From the NCBI GenBank assembly GCA_963840035.1, contig CAWIXE010000001.1, forward strand, positions 1,120,001 to 1,184,000: a stretch of DNA of 64,000 nucleotides. Reading direction: 5' to 3'. Source of the DNA: a candidate division FCPU426 bacterium (GTDB lineage: Bacteria; Oederibacteriota; PGYV01; Palsa-1178). Of this stretch, positions 48,810-58,266 are shown piece after piece (position 1 is the first letter of the stretch; each line of letters opens with the position of its first letter). The notes under the pieces were generated by a model that saw only the letters and a list, made by a program, of their open reading frames with translations, was not told the DNA's origin and did not search any database. Position numbers and translations under genes: made by a program.

Positions 48810-50064
48810 ATGGTTTTATCCCGGCATTAAAATTAAAAGGTGGTTTTTTCTCGCGCTCCTGAGCCTGATTGTCCTGGTTGCCGGGTTTTCGGGCGTGCTG
48901 GGCGACCTGGTAAAAAATGTCAGGATACACAGCATTAACATAGACTCTTTTTTCTACAGGCTTCAGAGGCTTAAGGCTATCGACTATACCATGATACTGC
49001 TGGCCATAGGCGGCCTTATGCTTGCCTGGCGCAGGTCGTCTTTCGCCGTGCTGGCAATGATCGCGCCGAATAAGGAAAGGGAATTCATAAGCAGGGCCTA
49101 TAAAAAAGCCAAATTACAGAGGGGCCCGAAAATAGCCGCCATAGGCGGGGGCACGGGCATGCCAAATGTATTAAAGGGCATGAAGGATTACACGGAAAAC
49201 CTCTCGGCAATTGTCACTGTCGCCGATGACGGAGGCTCTTCCGGGCGCTTAAGAAAAGATTACAGGATACTCCCGCCGGGCGACATAAGGAACTGCATAG
49301 TGGCGCTGGCCGACGAGGAGACGCTTCTTGGAAAGCTTTTTCAGTACAGGTTCAAGGAAGGCAAGGAATTAAAAGGGCACAGTTTCGGCAATATTTTCCT
49401 TACGGCGTTAAGCCATGTCGTGGGCGATTTTCCCAAGGCGATAAATGAGTCATCAAAAGTCCTGGCCATTCACGGTCAGGTGCTCCCTGTATCGCTTGAG
49501 AACATACAGCTGCGGGCCAGGATGAAGGATGGAAGGCTGATAAAAGGCGAATCAAAAATACCCGAGGCAAAAGGCTCGATAGACAGGGTATATATAGTGC
49601 CTGAGGACGCCAAACCGTACCAGCCGGCAATAGACGCAATAAAAAACGCGGATGCCGTTATAATCGGGCCGGGCAGCTTATATACCAGCATCATACCGAA
49701 CCTGATGGTGCCGGGCATAAAGGAAGCCCTGCAAAATTCAAAATCAATCAAGATTTATATATGCAATATAATGACACAGCCGGGAGAAACCGACGGGCAT
49801 ACGGTATCGGACCATTTAAGGGCCATCTTCAAACATACCGGACACAGGGTTATTGACTATGTCATTGCCAACAACAGGCTGCCAAAGGATGATGTCTTAA
49901 AACGTTATGAAAAGGAAAAATCCTTTCCTGTAATGATAGACAAGGATGTAATAAGCGACCTTGGCGTGAAAGTGGCCGAAGGCAAGCTTTTTACCGAAGG
50001 CTCGTACGTGAGGCATTCGCCCCAGCAGCTGGCCAAGATGATAATGAAAATATTAATTGTGTGA
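48793..50064 (+). CDS. yvcK: YvcK/GlmR-family gluconeogenesis factor with N-terminal TM segments
   Basis: IGGGTG, VADDGGSSGRLR, PPGDIRNC, GHSFGN, GPGSLYTSIIPNL, NIMTQPGET. Confidence 0.92.
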   Translation: MVKLNRWFYPGIKIKRWFFLALLSLIVLVAGFSGVLGDLVKNVRIHSINIDSFFYRLQRLKAIDYTMILLAIGGLMLAWRRSSFAVLAMIAPNKEREFISRAYKKAKLQRGPKIAAIGGGTGMPNVLKGMKDYTENLSAIVTVADDGGSSGRLRKDYRILPPGDIRNCIVALADEETLLGKLFQYRFKEGKELKGHSFGNIFLTALSHVVGDFPKAINESSKVLAIHGQVLPVSLENIQLRARMKDGRLIKGESKIPEAKGSIDRVYIVPEDAKPYQPAIDAIKNADAVIIGPGSLYTSIIPNLMVPGIKEALQNSKSIKIYICNIMTQPGETDGHTVSDHLRAIFKHTGHRVIDYVIANNRLPKDDVLKRYEKEKSFPVMIDKDVISDLGVKVAEGKLFTEGSYVRHSPQQLAKMIMKILIV

Positions 50065-50078
50065 CAAAGGAGAATAAT

Positions 50079-50483
50079 ATGGTAGGGATCCTGATAATTT
50101 CACATTCAACCCTGGCGGAATCTTTAAAGCAGACCGTTTCCCTCATAGTGGGGGAAAAGGAAAATGTGGGCACTCTTTCCCTGATGAAAAATGACAGGAT
50201 AGAGGATTTTTCCGACAGGCTGAAAAAGGCCGTAACAGAGATAGATAAAGGCGACGGGGTGCTGATACTGGCCGATATGTTCGGCGGGACACCGTGTAAT
50301 TCGGCGCTGGCACTGTATGGTTCCGATGAAAAAGTAAGGATCATAACGGGAGTTAACCTTCCGGTGGTAATAGAAGCCATAATGCACGCGGGCAGGACTG
50401 TTGATGAACTTTCCAGGACAATCATGGAAAGACGCGATAAATCCATAATCGACGCTAAAGCGATTTTTAAGAACAGGGGATAA
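50079..50483 (+). CDS. PTS mannose-class EIIA
   Basis: IISH, DMFGGTP.N, GVNLP; ATG after AAGGAG. Confidence 0.9.
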   Translation: MVGILIISHSTLAESLKQTVSLIVGEKENVGTLSLMKNDRIEDFSDRLKKAVTEIDKGDGVLILADMFGGTPCNSALALYGSDEKVRIITGVNLPVVIEAIMHAGRTVDELSRTIMERRDKSIIDAKAIFKNRG

Positions 50484-50485
50484 AT

Positions 50486-51004
50486 ATGCCGGTACTGTTA
50501 ACAAGAATAGATGACAGGCTCATACACGGGCAGGTGGTAGTCGGATGGGCACAGGCCCTTAAGATAAACCACATAGTCGTGATAAATGACGAAATAACGG
50601 GCAATGACATGCAGAAATTTCTTTTCAGGATGGCCACGCCCACGGATATCAACCTTTCCATACTCACCGTGGATGAAGCGGCTGTCAAGATTGACAAAAG
50701 GGAATATGACGAGGACAATACCCTGCTGCTGGCGAAGACTCCGGCTGATATTTACAAGCTTATAAAGGCCGGAGGAAAAGTGCCCGAGGTAAATATCGGA
50801 GGCATGCATTTTGACAACAATAAAACGCAGCTTTTTGACGCCGTGTTTGTGGATGAAAATGACATAAAGATGTTCAGGGAACTTGACCGCATGGGCGTAC
50901 TGCTTGAAGTGCGCATGGTGCCTACGGATTCAAAGAAGAACATTGTAAAGGCCATTGATGAAAAATTCGGAAAGGAAAAACCTTCCGCGCAGGAGCAGGG
51001 CTAA
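50486..51004 (+). CDS. PTS mannose-class EIIB
   Basis: RIDDRLIHGQVVVGW and VNIGGM. Confidence 0.94.
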   Translation: MPVLLTRIDDRLIHGQVVVGWAQALKINHIVVINDEITGNDMQKFLFRMATPTDINLSILTVDEAAVKIDKREYDEDNTLLLAKTPADIYKLIKAGGKVPEVNIGGMHFDNNKTQLFDAVFVDENDIKMFRELDRMGVLLEVRMVPTDSKKNIVKAIDEKFGKEKPSAQEQG

Positions 51005-51786
51005 TGACAACTTCCGGTATTATTTTCGCGGCCCTGGTCGCGGCGTTTCTGGAGCTTGACACGTATTTCATAGGTATGACGCTCTTTTCGCAGCCTATCA
51101 TTGCCGGCGGAATAGCGGGATTTATGTGCGGAGACCTGCGGACAGGCATAATCATAGGAAGCATTGTCCAGCTTATCTGGATATCGCCGCCTGTTGGCGC
51201 TTATGTGCCGCCTTCATCCACCGCCATTGCTTTTACCGCCACGGTTTTGAACGCTCAGAATATAGGGCTTCACGCTATCGCGGACAGGGAGCCGTTGATG
51301 ATGTTCTGCATCATAGCCGGCGCGGCTACCGGATATTTTGTGGGGCAGATGGATATATGGAACAGGAAGCTAAACACACAGATTGTGCACATGTTTGAGC
51401 CCGGGATACTCAAAGGGCGCAGGCTTTATATGTCAGGGGCGCAGGCCACGGCGCTGGGCGCTAAATTTATAAGGGATTTTATTCTGTACGCCGCGATGTT
51501 TTCATATGGCGCCCACTTAACCGGCAAGATATTTGCCACGCTGCCGGTGGATATATTTCAGGGGCTCACTATCGCCCTGTGGGCCGTGCCGGTTATCGGG
51601 CTTGCCGTTATTTTTGACCTGTACAGGTCAAAGCTCGGGGCGAATTTTCACGGCATAGTGTTCATATTATGTTACCTGGTGTTGTGGACCTATAAGTCCA
51701 TAAACCCCGTATTTTTCATGCTTGCCATACTGACAGTATGCGCTTTTGTGATTTATAATTTTGTCTGGAACAGGAAGGAAGCGTAA
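51004..51786 (+). CDS. PTS mannose-class EIIC
   Basis: SQPII.G..G..GD..TGIIIG..QL and PVGAYVPP; TM segments. Confidence 0.85.
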   Translation: MTTSGIIFAALVAAFLELDTYFIGMTLFSQPIIAGGIAGFMCGDLRTGIIIGSIVQLIWISPPVGAYVPPSSTAIAFTATVLNAQNIGLHAIADREPLMMFCIIAGAATGYFVGQMDIWNRKLNTQIVHMFEPGILKGRRLYMSGAQATALGAKFIRDFILYAAMFSYGAHLTGKIFATLPVDIFQGLTIALWAVPVIGLAVIFDLYRSKLGANFHGIVFILCYLVLWTYKSINPVFFMLAILTVCAFVIYNFVWNRKEA

Positions 51787-52566
51787 ATGAGAAAAGTATC
51801 GATTCCGTCCCTTATCTGGAGCGGTATCAAGCTTAATTTTCTGCAGGCTTCATGGAACTTTGAGCGGCTGCAGAACGCCGGCTTTTTATTCTCAATAATA
51901 AACCTGCTGCGCGGCATATATAAGGACGACAGGGAAAAACTTACGGCGGCGATAAAGCGCCACATGGTTTTTTTTAATACGCACATATTTTTCTCGGCGG
52001 CCGTGCTTGGAGTTATGGCGAGGCTGGAGGAAGAACTGCCTGACGACGACCCTAAGAAAAAGGACGCGGAAATCGAAAGCTCAAAGATGGGGATGATGGG
52101 GCCTCTGGCGGCAATAGGTGATTCGCTTTTCTGGTCGGGCCTGAAACCGCTGGCGCTTTTGACAGGTACAGGCATAGTATGGCTTTACAGGTTCAGCGTG
52201 GAAGGATGGCTCATCGCGTGCGGGGTATCTTTGTTGATATATAACGGGCCCAGGGTGGTAATAAAGTATTACCTTCTTATGAAGTCGTATTTTCAGTATA
52301 AAGAGCTTTTTGTCCTCATACAGAGGGTTAAATTTCAGGAAATAATGAAGTCCATTAAGGTGGCAGGCATGGGCATACTCGGGGCGGTCACGGCCCTGTA
52401 TTTTGCGAGGAAGGAACTTACTATTATTGACAAGCGCTGGCTTGATTCGGCATTTCTCTTTGCGGCGTTCTGGCTGATAACAGTGGCCTTAAGAAGGAAG
52501 AAGTCGGTATCATACATATTTTCCATGGTGATTTTCATATCCGTGGTCCTGGCTTATATTATATAA
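51787..52566 (+). CDS. PTS mannose-class EIID
   Basis: QASWNFERLQN, FFNTH, MMGPLAAIGDSLFW. Confidence 0.92.
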   Translation: MRKVSIPSLIWSGIKLNFLQASWNFERLQNAGFLFSIINLLRGIYKDDREKLTAAIKRHMVFFNTHIFFSAAVLGVMARLEEELPDDDPKKKDAEIESSKMGMMGPLAAIGDSLFWSGLKPLALLTGTGIVWLYRFSVEGWLIACGVSLLIYNGPRVVIKYYLLMKSYFQYKELFVLIQRVKFQEIMKSIKVAGMGILGAVTALYFARKELTIIDKRWLDSAFLFAAFWLITVALRRKKSVSYIFSMVIFISVVLAYII

Positions 52567-52582
52567 CTAAAGGGAGAATGTC

Positions 52583-52855
52583 ATGGAGTATAAAAGGAAA
52601 GTGCTGATAGTAAATAACGCGGGGTTCCACCTAAGGGCCGTTGCCGTATTTGTCAAGGAGGCCGAGAAGTTCAAGTCGGACATAAAGGTGAAAAACGGGG
52701 AAATTGAGGCAGAGGGAAAGTCCATCATGGGCTTAACCACGCTTGGCGCGGGGAAAGGCGTGGAAATTGAGATTAAAGCCAACGGGCCTGACGCTAAAGA
52801 GGCCATTACAAGGCTCGCTAAAATAATAAGCGATAAATTCGGGGAGAAAGAATAA
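52583..52855 (+). CDS. ptsH: Phosphocarrier protein HPr
   Basis: GFHLR (His15) and KSIMGL (Ser46). Confidence 0.93.
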   Translation: MEYKRKVLIVNNAGFHLRAVAVFVKEAEKFKSDIKVKNGEIEAEGKSIMGLTTLGAGKGVEIEIKANGPDAKEAITRLAKIISDKFGEKE

Positions 52856-54603
52856 TGTACAGGGGGATTGCTGCGTCGCCGGGCATCGTCATAGGGCCGG
52901 CATATGTGCTTACAAAAAGGTCGGCTGAGATAAAGAAGGAAAACATACCGGCGTCAAAGGTGGAGGCCGAGGTAATACGGCTGAAAAACGCCGTTGAAAA
53001 GACGCGCATGGAAATACTTGTCATAAAGGAAAAAGTCATTCATGACATAGGAAACGCCGAGGCGGAGATATTTAACGCGTATCTCATGCTGTTATCGGAC
53101 CCGACTTTCGCGGGAAAAGCCGAAGATATGGTGAAAAAGCACGTAATCAATTCCGAGTACGCCTTCCACAAGGTACTTGATGACTACGCGGAATTTTCAA
53201 ACAGGATAGCGGACAGCTATTTAAAGGAAAGAAGCAGGGACATTAATTCCCTGGTGGATAAGATAATAAGGAACCTGGAAGGCTCCTCCGGAAGGTCTGA
53301 AGATGAGCCTGAGGAGAAATACATAATAATCGCGCAGGACCTATCCCCGGCTGATACGGCCGACATGGACAAGGACAGGGTGCTGGGTTTTGTGACGGAA
53401 ATGGGCGGGGCCACTTCGCACACAGCCATAGTGGCGCGGTCGCTTGAAATCCCGGCCATTGTGGGCGTCAGGGACATAACAAAAACAGCCAAGACAGGCG
53501 ACCTTCTTATCATTGACGGTGAAAAAGGGATTGTTGTGGTAAACCCCAACCCGAAAATACTGGCCGCTTACAAGGAAGAAAGAAAAAAGCACCTGCTGAA
53601 ACTGAGGATGTTAAAAAGGCTTAAAAAACTTGACGCGATTACCGGGGACAGGCACAAGATAGACCTGTCGGCGAATATTGAGTTTCCTGAGGAAGTCGGT
53701 TCGGTGCTTGAAAATAACGGCGAGGCAGTCGGGCTTTTCAGGACGGAATTCATATACATAAACAAATCAAACCTCCCGACTGAAGAGGAGCAGTTTGAGG
53801 CGTATAAGGCAGTGGTCCAGAAAATGAACCCGCGGCCGGTATGCTTAAGGACACTGGATATAGGAGGGGATAAATTTCTTCCGTATTTTAAGATACCGCC
53901 TGAACAAAACCCGTTCCTTGGGCTCCGGGCAATCCGGCTCACGATGGCAAACATAAATATATTCAAGCTCCAGCTGCGCGCCATACTGCGCGCGTCGGCT
54001 TTCGGAAAAGTTAAACTGATGTTTCCCATGATTACAGTACCGGAAGAGATAGAAGAGGCAAAGAAGATATTGGAAGAGGTAAAGAACGACCTGAAAAGGA
54101 AAGAGGTAAAGTTTGACGCGAACATGAAAGTCGGCGTCATGATAGAAGTCCCGTCCGCGGCGCTAATGTCGGATGAGATAGCCAAAAAGGTGGATTTCTT
54201 TTCCATCGGGACCAATGACCTGATACAGTATACAACGGCAACAGACAGGGGAAATGAGGCGGTATCGTACCTGTACGACCCGCTTAATCCGGCTGTTTTA
54301 AGGCTGATAAAGATGATCGCGACAAACGCCCATAAAAACGGCATAAAGGTTTCCGTATGCGGCGAGATGGCGGGCGAACCGCATCTGGCGTTCCTGCTCA
54401 TTGGCCTCGGCATAGACGAACTTTCAGTCAGCCCGTCCTCAATCCTTTCGGTTAAAAAACTTATCAGGTCCATAGATTTTAAGGACGCGCTTGAGATCGC
54501 GGACGCGGTTTTAAAGGAAGACAGGGGTACGGCCATAAAGGAAATAATACTTTCAAAACTCAACAGCATATTATATTCCAAGGAAAAGGGGAAAAAAGAA
54601 TAA
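52855..54603 (+). CDS. ptsI: PTS enzyme I
   Basis: GGATSHTAIVARS, GLFRTEF, RTLDIGGDK, NPFLGLRAIR, SIGTNDL, CGEMAG. Confidence 0.97.
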   Translation: MYRGIAASPGIVIGPAYVLTKRSAEIKKENIPASKVEAEVIRLKNAVEKTRMEILVIKEKVIHDIGNAEAEIFNAYLMLLSDPTFAGKAEDMVKKHVINSEYAFHKVLDDYAEFSNRIADSYLKERSRDINSLVDKIIRNLEGSSGRSEDEPEEKYIIIAQDLSPADTADMDKDRVLGFVTEMGGATSHTAIVARSLEIPAIVGVRDITKTAKTGDLLIIDGEKGIVVVNPNPKILAAYKEERKKHLLKLRMLKRLKKLDAITGDRHKIDLSANIEFPEEVGSVLENNGEAVGLFRTEFIYINKSNLPTEEEQFEAYKAVVQKMNPRPVCLRTLDIGGDKFLPYFKIPPEQNPFLGLRAIRLTMANINIFKLQLRAILRASAFGKVKLMFPMITVPEEIEEAKKILEEVKNDLKRKEVKFDANMKVGVMIEVPSAALMSDEIAKKVDFFSIGTNDLIQYTTATDRGNEAVSYLYDPLNPAVLRLIKMIATNAHKNGIKVSVCGEMAGEPHLAFLLIGLGIDELSVSPSSILSVKKLIRSIDFKDALEIADAVLKEDRGTAIKEIILSKLNSILYSKEKGKKE

Positions 54604-55463
54604 TGAAGATAAAAAAAGCCGTAATACCCGTGGCGGGCCTTGGCACCAGGTTCCTGCCTTACACCAAAGCCATTCCCAAGGAAATGCTACCGATTATCGA
54701 CCTGCCGGCCATTCACTTCATAGTAAAAGAAGCCATAGACTCAGGGATAGAATCCATACTTTTTATAACTTCCAAGGAAAAATACAGCATAGAGGATTAT
54801 TTTGACAGGAATTTTTATCTGGAATATTTTCTCAACAAAAATAAAAATGCAAAGGGTCTTGAGGAAATAAAAAGGATACCTGAGAATGTGAATATATTTT
54901 CCGTGAGGCAAAAAGAGGCCATGGGGCTCGGACACGCCATACTTCACGCCGAGGATTTCATAGGCAACGAGGATTTTGCCGTGTTCCTTCCGGATGACCT
55001 GATATTTTCGGATAAGCCGGTTATGAAGGAGATGATATCCATCCATGAAAAACACGGCAAGGGCGTCATCGCCGTTGAGGCTGTGGCAAAGGAAAAGATA
55101 AGTTCTTACGGCATAATTAAACCCAAAACCATATCAAAAAGGATATTTGAAGTGCTGGACCTGGCGGAAAAGCCCCCGGTTAAAAAGGCTTTTTCAAACC
55201 TCGGCATAGTGGGCAGGTATGTAATGCCGGCATCCATATTCACCTATATCAAGAACACAAAACCCGGGGCCAAGGGCGAGATACAGCTGACTGACGCGTT
55301 AAAGACCTTAATGACTGTTGAGGGGCTTCTTGCGCATGAATTTGAAGGCACCAGGTGCGACACGGGCGATAAATTCGAGTACATAATGGCCATATTAAAA
55401 TACGCCAGCATGCAGAAAGAATACAGGGACAGGCTTAAAAAAGAGATAAAAAAGATATTTTAA
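54603..55463 (+). CDS. galU: UTP-glucose-1-phosphate uridylyltransferase
   Basis: KAVIPVAGLGTRFLP.TK..PKEMLPI, GLGHAI, GEIQLTDA. Confidence 0.95.
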   Translation: MKIKKAVIPVAGLGTRFLPYTKAIPKEMLPIIDLPAIHFIVKEAIDSGIESILFITSKEKYSIEDYFDRNFYLEYFLNKNKNAKGLEEIKRIPENVNIFSVRQKEAMGLGHAILHAEDFIGNEDFAVFLPDDLIFSDKPVMKEMISIHEKHGKGVIAVEAVAKEKISSYGIIKPKTISKRIFEVLDLAEKPPVKKAFSNLGIVGRYVMPASIFTYIKNTKPGAKGEIQLTDALKTLMTVEGLLAHEFEGTRCDTGDKFEYIMAILKYASMQKEYRDRLKKEIKKIF

Positions 55464-55497
55464 TAAAGCGTTTTTTGCTTCAACATTCGTGTCTGTC

Positions 55498-55612
55498 TGT
55501 CATTGCGAGGAGGCGTTTTTAGCACTCTGCCGACGAAGCAATCCTGTTGTTTTAGAGGGCGGAGCGAGATTGCTTCGTCACCATGGGGCAGAAACGGTTC
55601 CTCGCAATGACA
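55498..55612. repeat. Palindromic intergenic element (GTCATTGCGAG..CTCGCAATGAC type)
   Basis: Nested stems tgtcattgcgagga/tcctcgcaatgaca and gacgaagcaatc/gattgcttcgtc. Confidence 0.8.
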
Positions 55613-55669
55613 ACCTGTGATTATGCGGGTTTTATGAAATAAATTAAAATCGTATCAGGGAGGAATTTT

Positions 55670-56179
55670 ATGGTAAAAATGTTCGTTAATCTTTTAAGCA
55701 TCCTGAATTCAAACACGAAGCCGGGTGAAATTGCCCTTGGCGCGGTGCTCGGTATGTTTGCGGCTTTTATGATGCCGGCGCCTGTGGCCTTTTGGGGAAT
55801 ATTTTTAATAGCCCTGCTGCTCAACTGCAACTACTCATTCTTCCTTTTAAGTATCCTTATATTTAAAGGCCTTGCTTTCGGCATAGACCACATAGGCGAC
55901 AAGATCGGTTATGCCGTGCTTACGGCGCCGTTCTTTGAACAGCTGGGGTCAAAACTCATGGCAATGCCGGTGGTGCCGTTTTCCAAGTTTAACTATACCG
56001 TCATCATGGGGGATTTTATTATCGCGATAGTATTAACCCCGTTTGTCTGGATAGCAATGGCGGGGTTCGTGCCTTTTTACAGGAAGAACATGCAGGCGGC
56101 CGTGGATAAGTTTAAAATTGTAAAAATGGTAAAGATGACAAATTTCTATAAAATTTATGAAAACTTCAAGGGGGAATAA
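55670..56179 (+). CDS. TIGR03546-like membrane protein
   Basis: LNSNTKPGEIALG, D.IG..IG..VL, PFSKFNYTVIMG; paired with the next gene. Confidence 0.75.
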   Translation: MVKMFVNLLSILNSNTKPGEIALGAVLGMFAAFMMPAPVAFWGIFLIALLLNCNYSFFLLSILIFKGLAFGIDHIGDKIGYAVLTAPFFEQLGSKLMAMPVVPFSKFNYTVIMGDFIIAIVLTPFVWIAMAGFVPFYRKNMQAAVDKFKIVKMVKMTNFYKIYENFKGE

Positions 56180-56180
56180 T

Positions 56181-58037
56181 ATGTTCAGAAAAAAAGGGCT
56201 CATATACGCCGGGATTATCCTGGCAATCATTATTATATTTGACGTTTTCTTTTTAAACTCCCTCGTGAAGGCGGCCCTCATTTGGCAGGGCAAAAGCCTT
56301 TTCATGGCAAAGGTAAGCATTGCCTCGGTTAAGATCGACCTGCTGAAGTCTAAAACCACAATAAAAGGGCTGGTTGTGGCTGACAGGAATAAGGAATTTA
56401 AAAATCTTTTTGAGACCTCCGAGATTACCGCGGATTTCATGTTCCTGCCCCTGCTGGAAAAAAAGTTCATCATAGACAATGTTTCGGTGATAAACCTCGC
56501 GGTTGGCACGGACAGGAAAGACTCCGGGTTCCTCGCGCCCGCTGACGCGAAAAAGATAGAAAAAGAAAAGAAAGACGCGAAAAACAGCTTCGCGGCCAAG
56601 CTGCTTGATAAGGCCGCTGACAAGGCCTCAAAAGAGATACAGAAGATGCCTGTGGCGAAATTGTCGGACCTAAAGGACGTCAAGAACCTGGATTATAAAA
56701 AGTATATTAATAAGGAAACGCTTGAGTCATATAAAGCCGCGGATTACGCCGCTAAAAACGTTACGGCCGCCAAAACAGCCGCTGAAGCCTCGATTAAAGC
56801 CGTGGACGCTGACGCCAAGTTAAAGGCAGTCCAGGAATCCATAAAGAAGGTAAAGGAAACAAAGATAGCAGGAGTGCAGGACCTGGCAAAAGGCCAGCAG
56901 GCTTTGGCGGAACTTGATAATATCAAAAAGACTGCGGACGAACTGACTAATAGCGTAAATAAAGCCAAAGACGACGTAAAGGCAGTGGCTGATGTAACAA
57001 AAGCCTCTTATGACGCAATTAACGAAGGCAAGGAAAACGACATAAAAAAAGTGATGTCAGCGGTAAATATAAACATTCTTGACGCCAAATCAGTTGAAAA
57101 AGCCCTCATAGGCCCTGTGTGGTATGACAAGGTAACCAGGATACTGCAGTATATTGACATGGCGAATAAATACATTCCCGTGATGAAAAAGAAGGATAAG
57201 AAGGCCACGGTGGTTAAAAGGGGCGTGGGAAGGGAAGTAATTTTCTCATATGACGCCAGGTATCCGGGATTCTGGATAAAAAAGATGGTCCTCTCTGTTG
57301 ACGGGAAAAACAACACTGCTGGTTATTTCATGCGCGGCGAGATAGACGACATCGCCATAGAGCAGGGGATTACAGGAAAACCGCTTAAGGTGTCGCTGCA
57401 GCTTGACAATCCTTCGCAGACAATTTCCGTAAAAGCATCCATATACCACGTGGAGGAGCGCGATGATTCCATAGTTGTTGAAGTGGCCAACCTGCCGGCG
57501 TCGGCAGCCGGGCTTAATAAGGTGGATTTCGGCGGCATCACCATACCAAAGGCAAAAACCGCGTACATGATAAAAGTACGCTCGACAGACGCGGCGCTGA
57601 CGGTTAACGGCGAAATAAGGGAAAAGGACGTGGAGTTCGCTTCCGCGGATAAGAACAACCTGACATACCAGGTGCTAAGCAATATTGACGCTTTCCAGAT
57701 AGATATCATGATGAGGGGCGCGGAAAAGGATTCATCCATCAGCGTCACATCGGACATAGGCGAGAGGCTGAAAAAAGCCGTGGATAAGATATACGGAAAG
57801 AAAGTGGCCGAAGCAAAAGCCGCCGTGAACAAGGCCATAGAGCAGGCGATAAAGGACAAGATGAAAGAGGTAACAAAACTGGCTGACGGAGCAAAAGCCG
57901 AAGCGGACAAACAGATAAAAGGGATAACGGACAAGATATCCGCCAACAATAAGGACATAGACAAAGCCAAGTCCGACATAACTAAAAAGATAGCCGGCGG
58001 CGGGACGAATAACCTGCTGAAAGGTTTATTTAAGTAA
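56181..58037 (+). CDS. TIGR03545-like anchored periplasmic protein
   Basis: N-terminal TM, AKVSI..V, KNLFE, PLLEKKFIID, coiled coils, GREV.F..PGFWIKK. Confidence 0.75.
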   Translation: MFRKKGLIYAGIILAIIIIFDVFFLNSLVKAALIWQGKSLFMAKVSIASVKIDLLKSKTTIKGLVVADRNKEFKNLFETSEITADFMFLPLLEKKFIIDNVSVINLAVGTDRKDSGFLAPADAKKIEKEKKDAKNSFAAKLLDKAADKASKEIQKMPVAKLSDLKDVKNLDYKKYINKETLESYKAADYAAKNVTAAKTAAEASIKAVDADAKLKAVQESIKKVKETKIAGVQDLAKGQQALAELDNIKKTADELTNSVNKAKDDVKAVADVTKASYDAINEGKENDIKKVMSAVNINILDAKSVEKALIGPVWYDKVTRILQYIDMANKYIPVMKKKDKKATVVKRGVGREVIFSYDARYPGFWIKKMVLSVDGKNNTAGYFMRGEIDDIAIEQGITGKPLKVSLQLDNPSQTISVKASIYHVEERDDSIVVEVANLPASAAGLNKVDFGGITIPKAKTAYMIKVRSTDAALTVNGEIREKDVEFASADKNNLTYQVLSNIDAFQIDIMMRGAEKDSSISVTSDIGERLKKAVDKIYGKKVAEAKAAVNKAIEQAIKDKMKEVTKLADGAKAEADKQIKGITDKISANNKDIDKAKSDITKKIAGGGTNNLLKGLFK

Positions 58038-58039
58038 TT

Positions 58040-58170
58040 AATTTTGAATTTTCAATTTTATATTTTCAATTGGAGATAATACCCGGTTGCCTTTATTCGA
58101 TGTTATTAAACTAACAGCATGTTGGCTATTTTACTATTAATTGAAAATATAAAATTCAAAATTGAAAATT
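58040..58170. repeat. Inverted pair of AT-rich 7-bp tandem repeats
   Basis: aattttgaattttcaattttatattttcaatt ... aattgaaaatataaaattcaaaattgaaaatt. Confidence 0.72.
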
Positions 58171-58177
58171 ATCCCTA

Positions 58178-58205
58178 TTGATAAAAATCCGTAAAAGTGT
58201 ATAAT
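58178..58205 (+). promoter_or_regulatory. Putative sigma70 promoter of polC
   Basis: TTGATA-N16-TATAAT. Confidence 0.55.
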
Positions 58206-58266
58206 TTTTTAGCGGTAAATCCAGAATTTAGAATCCGGAATATAGAATACATTTAAAGGATATTAT

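Noticed and set aside
53568..54581. 337-aa antisense ORF inside ptsI, and similar antisense ORFs throughout
   Set aside because: Antisense shadows of well-supported genes.
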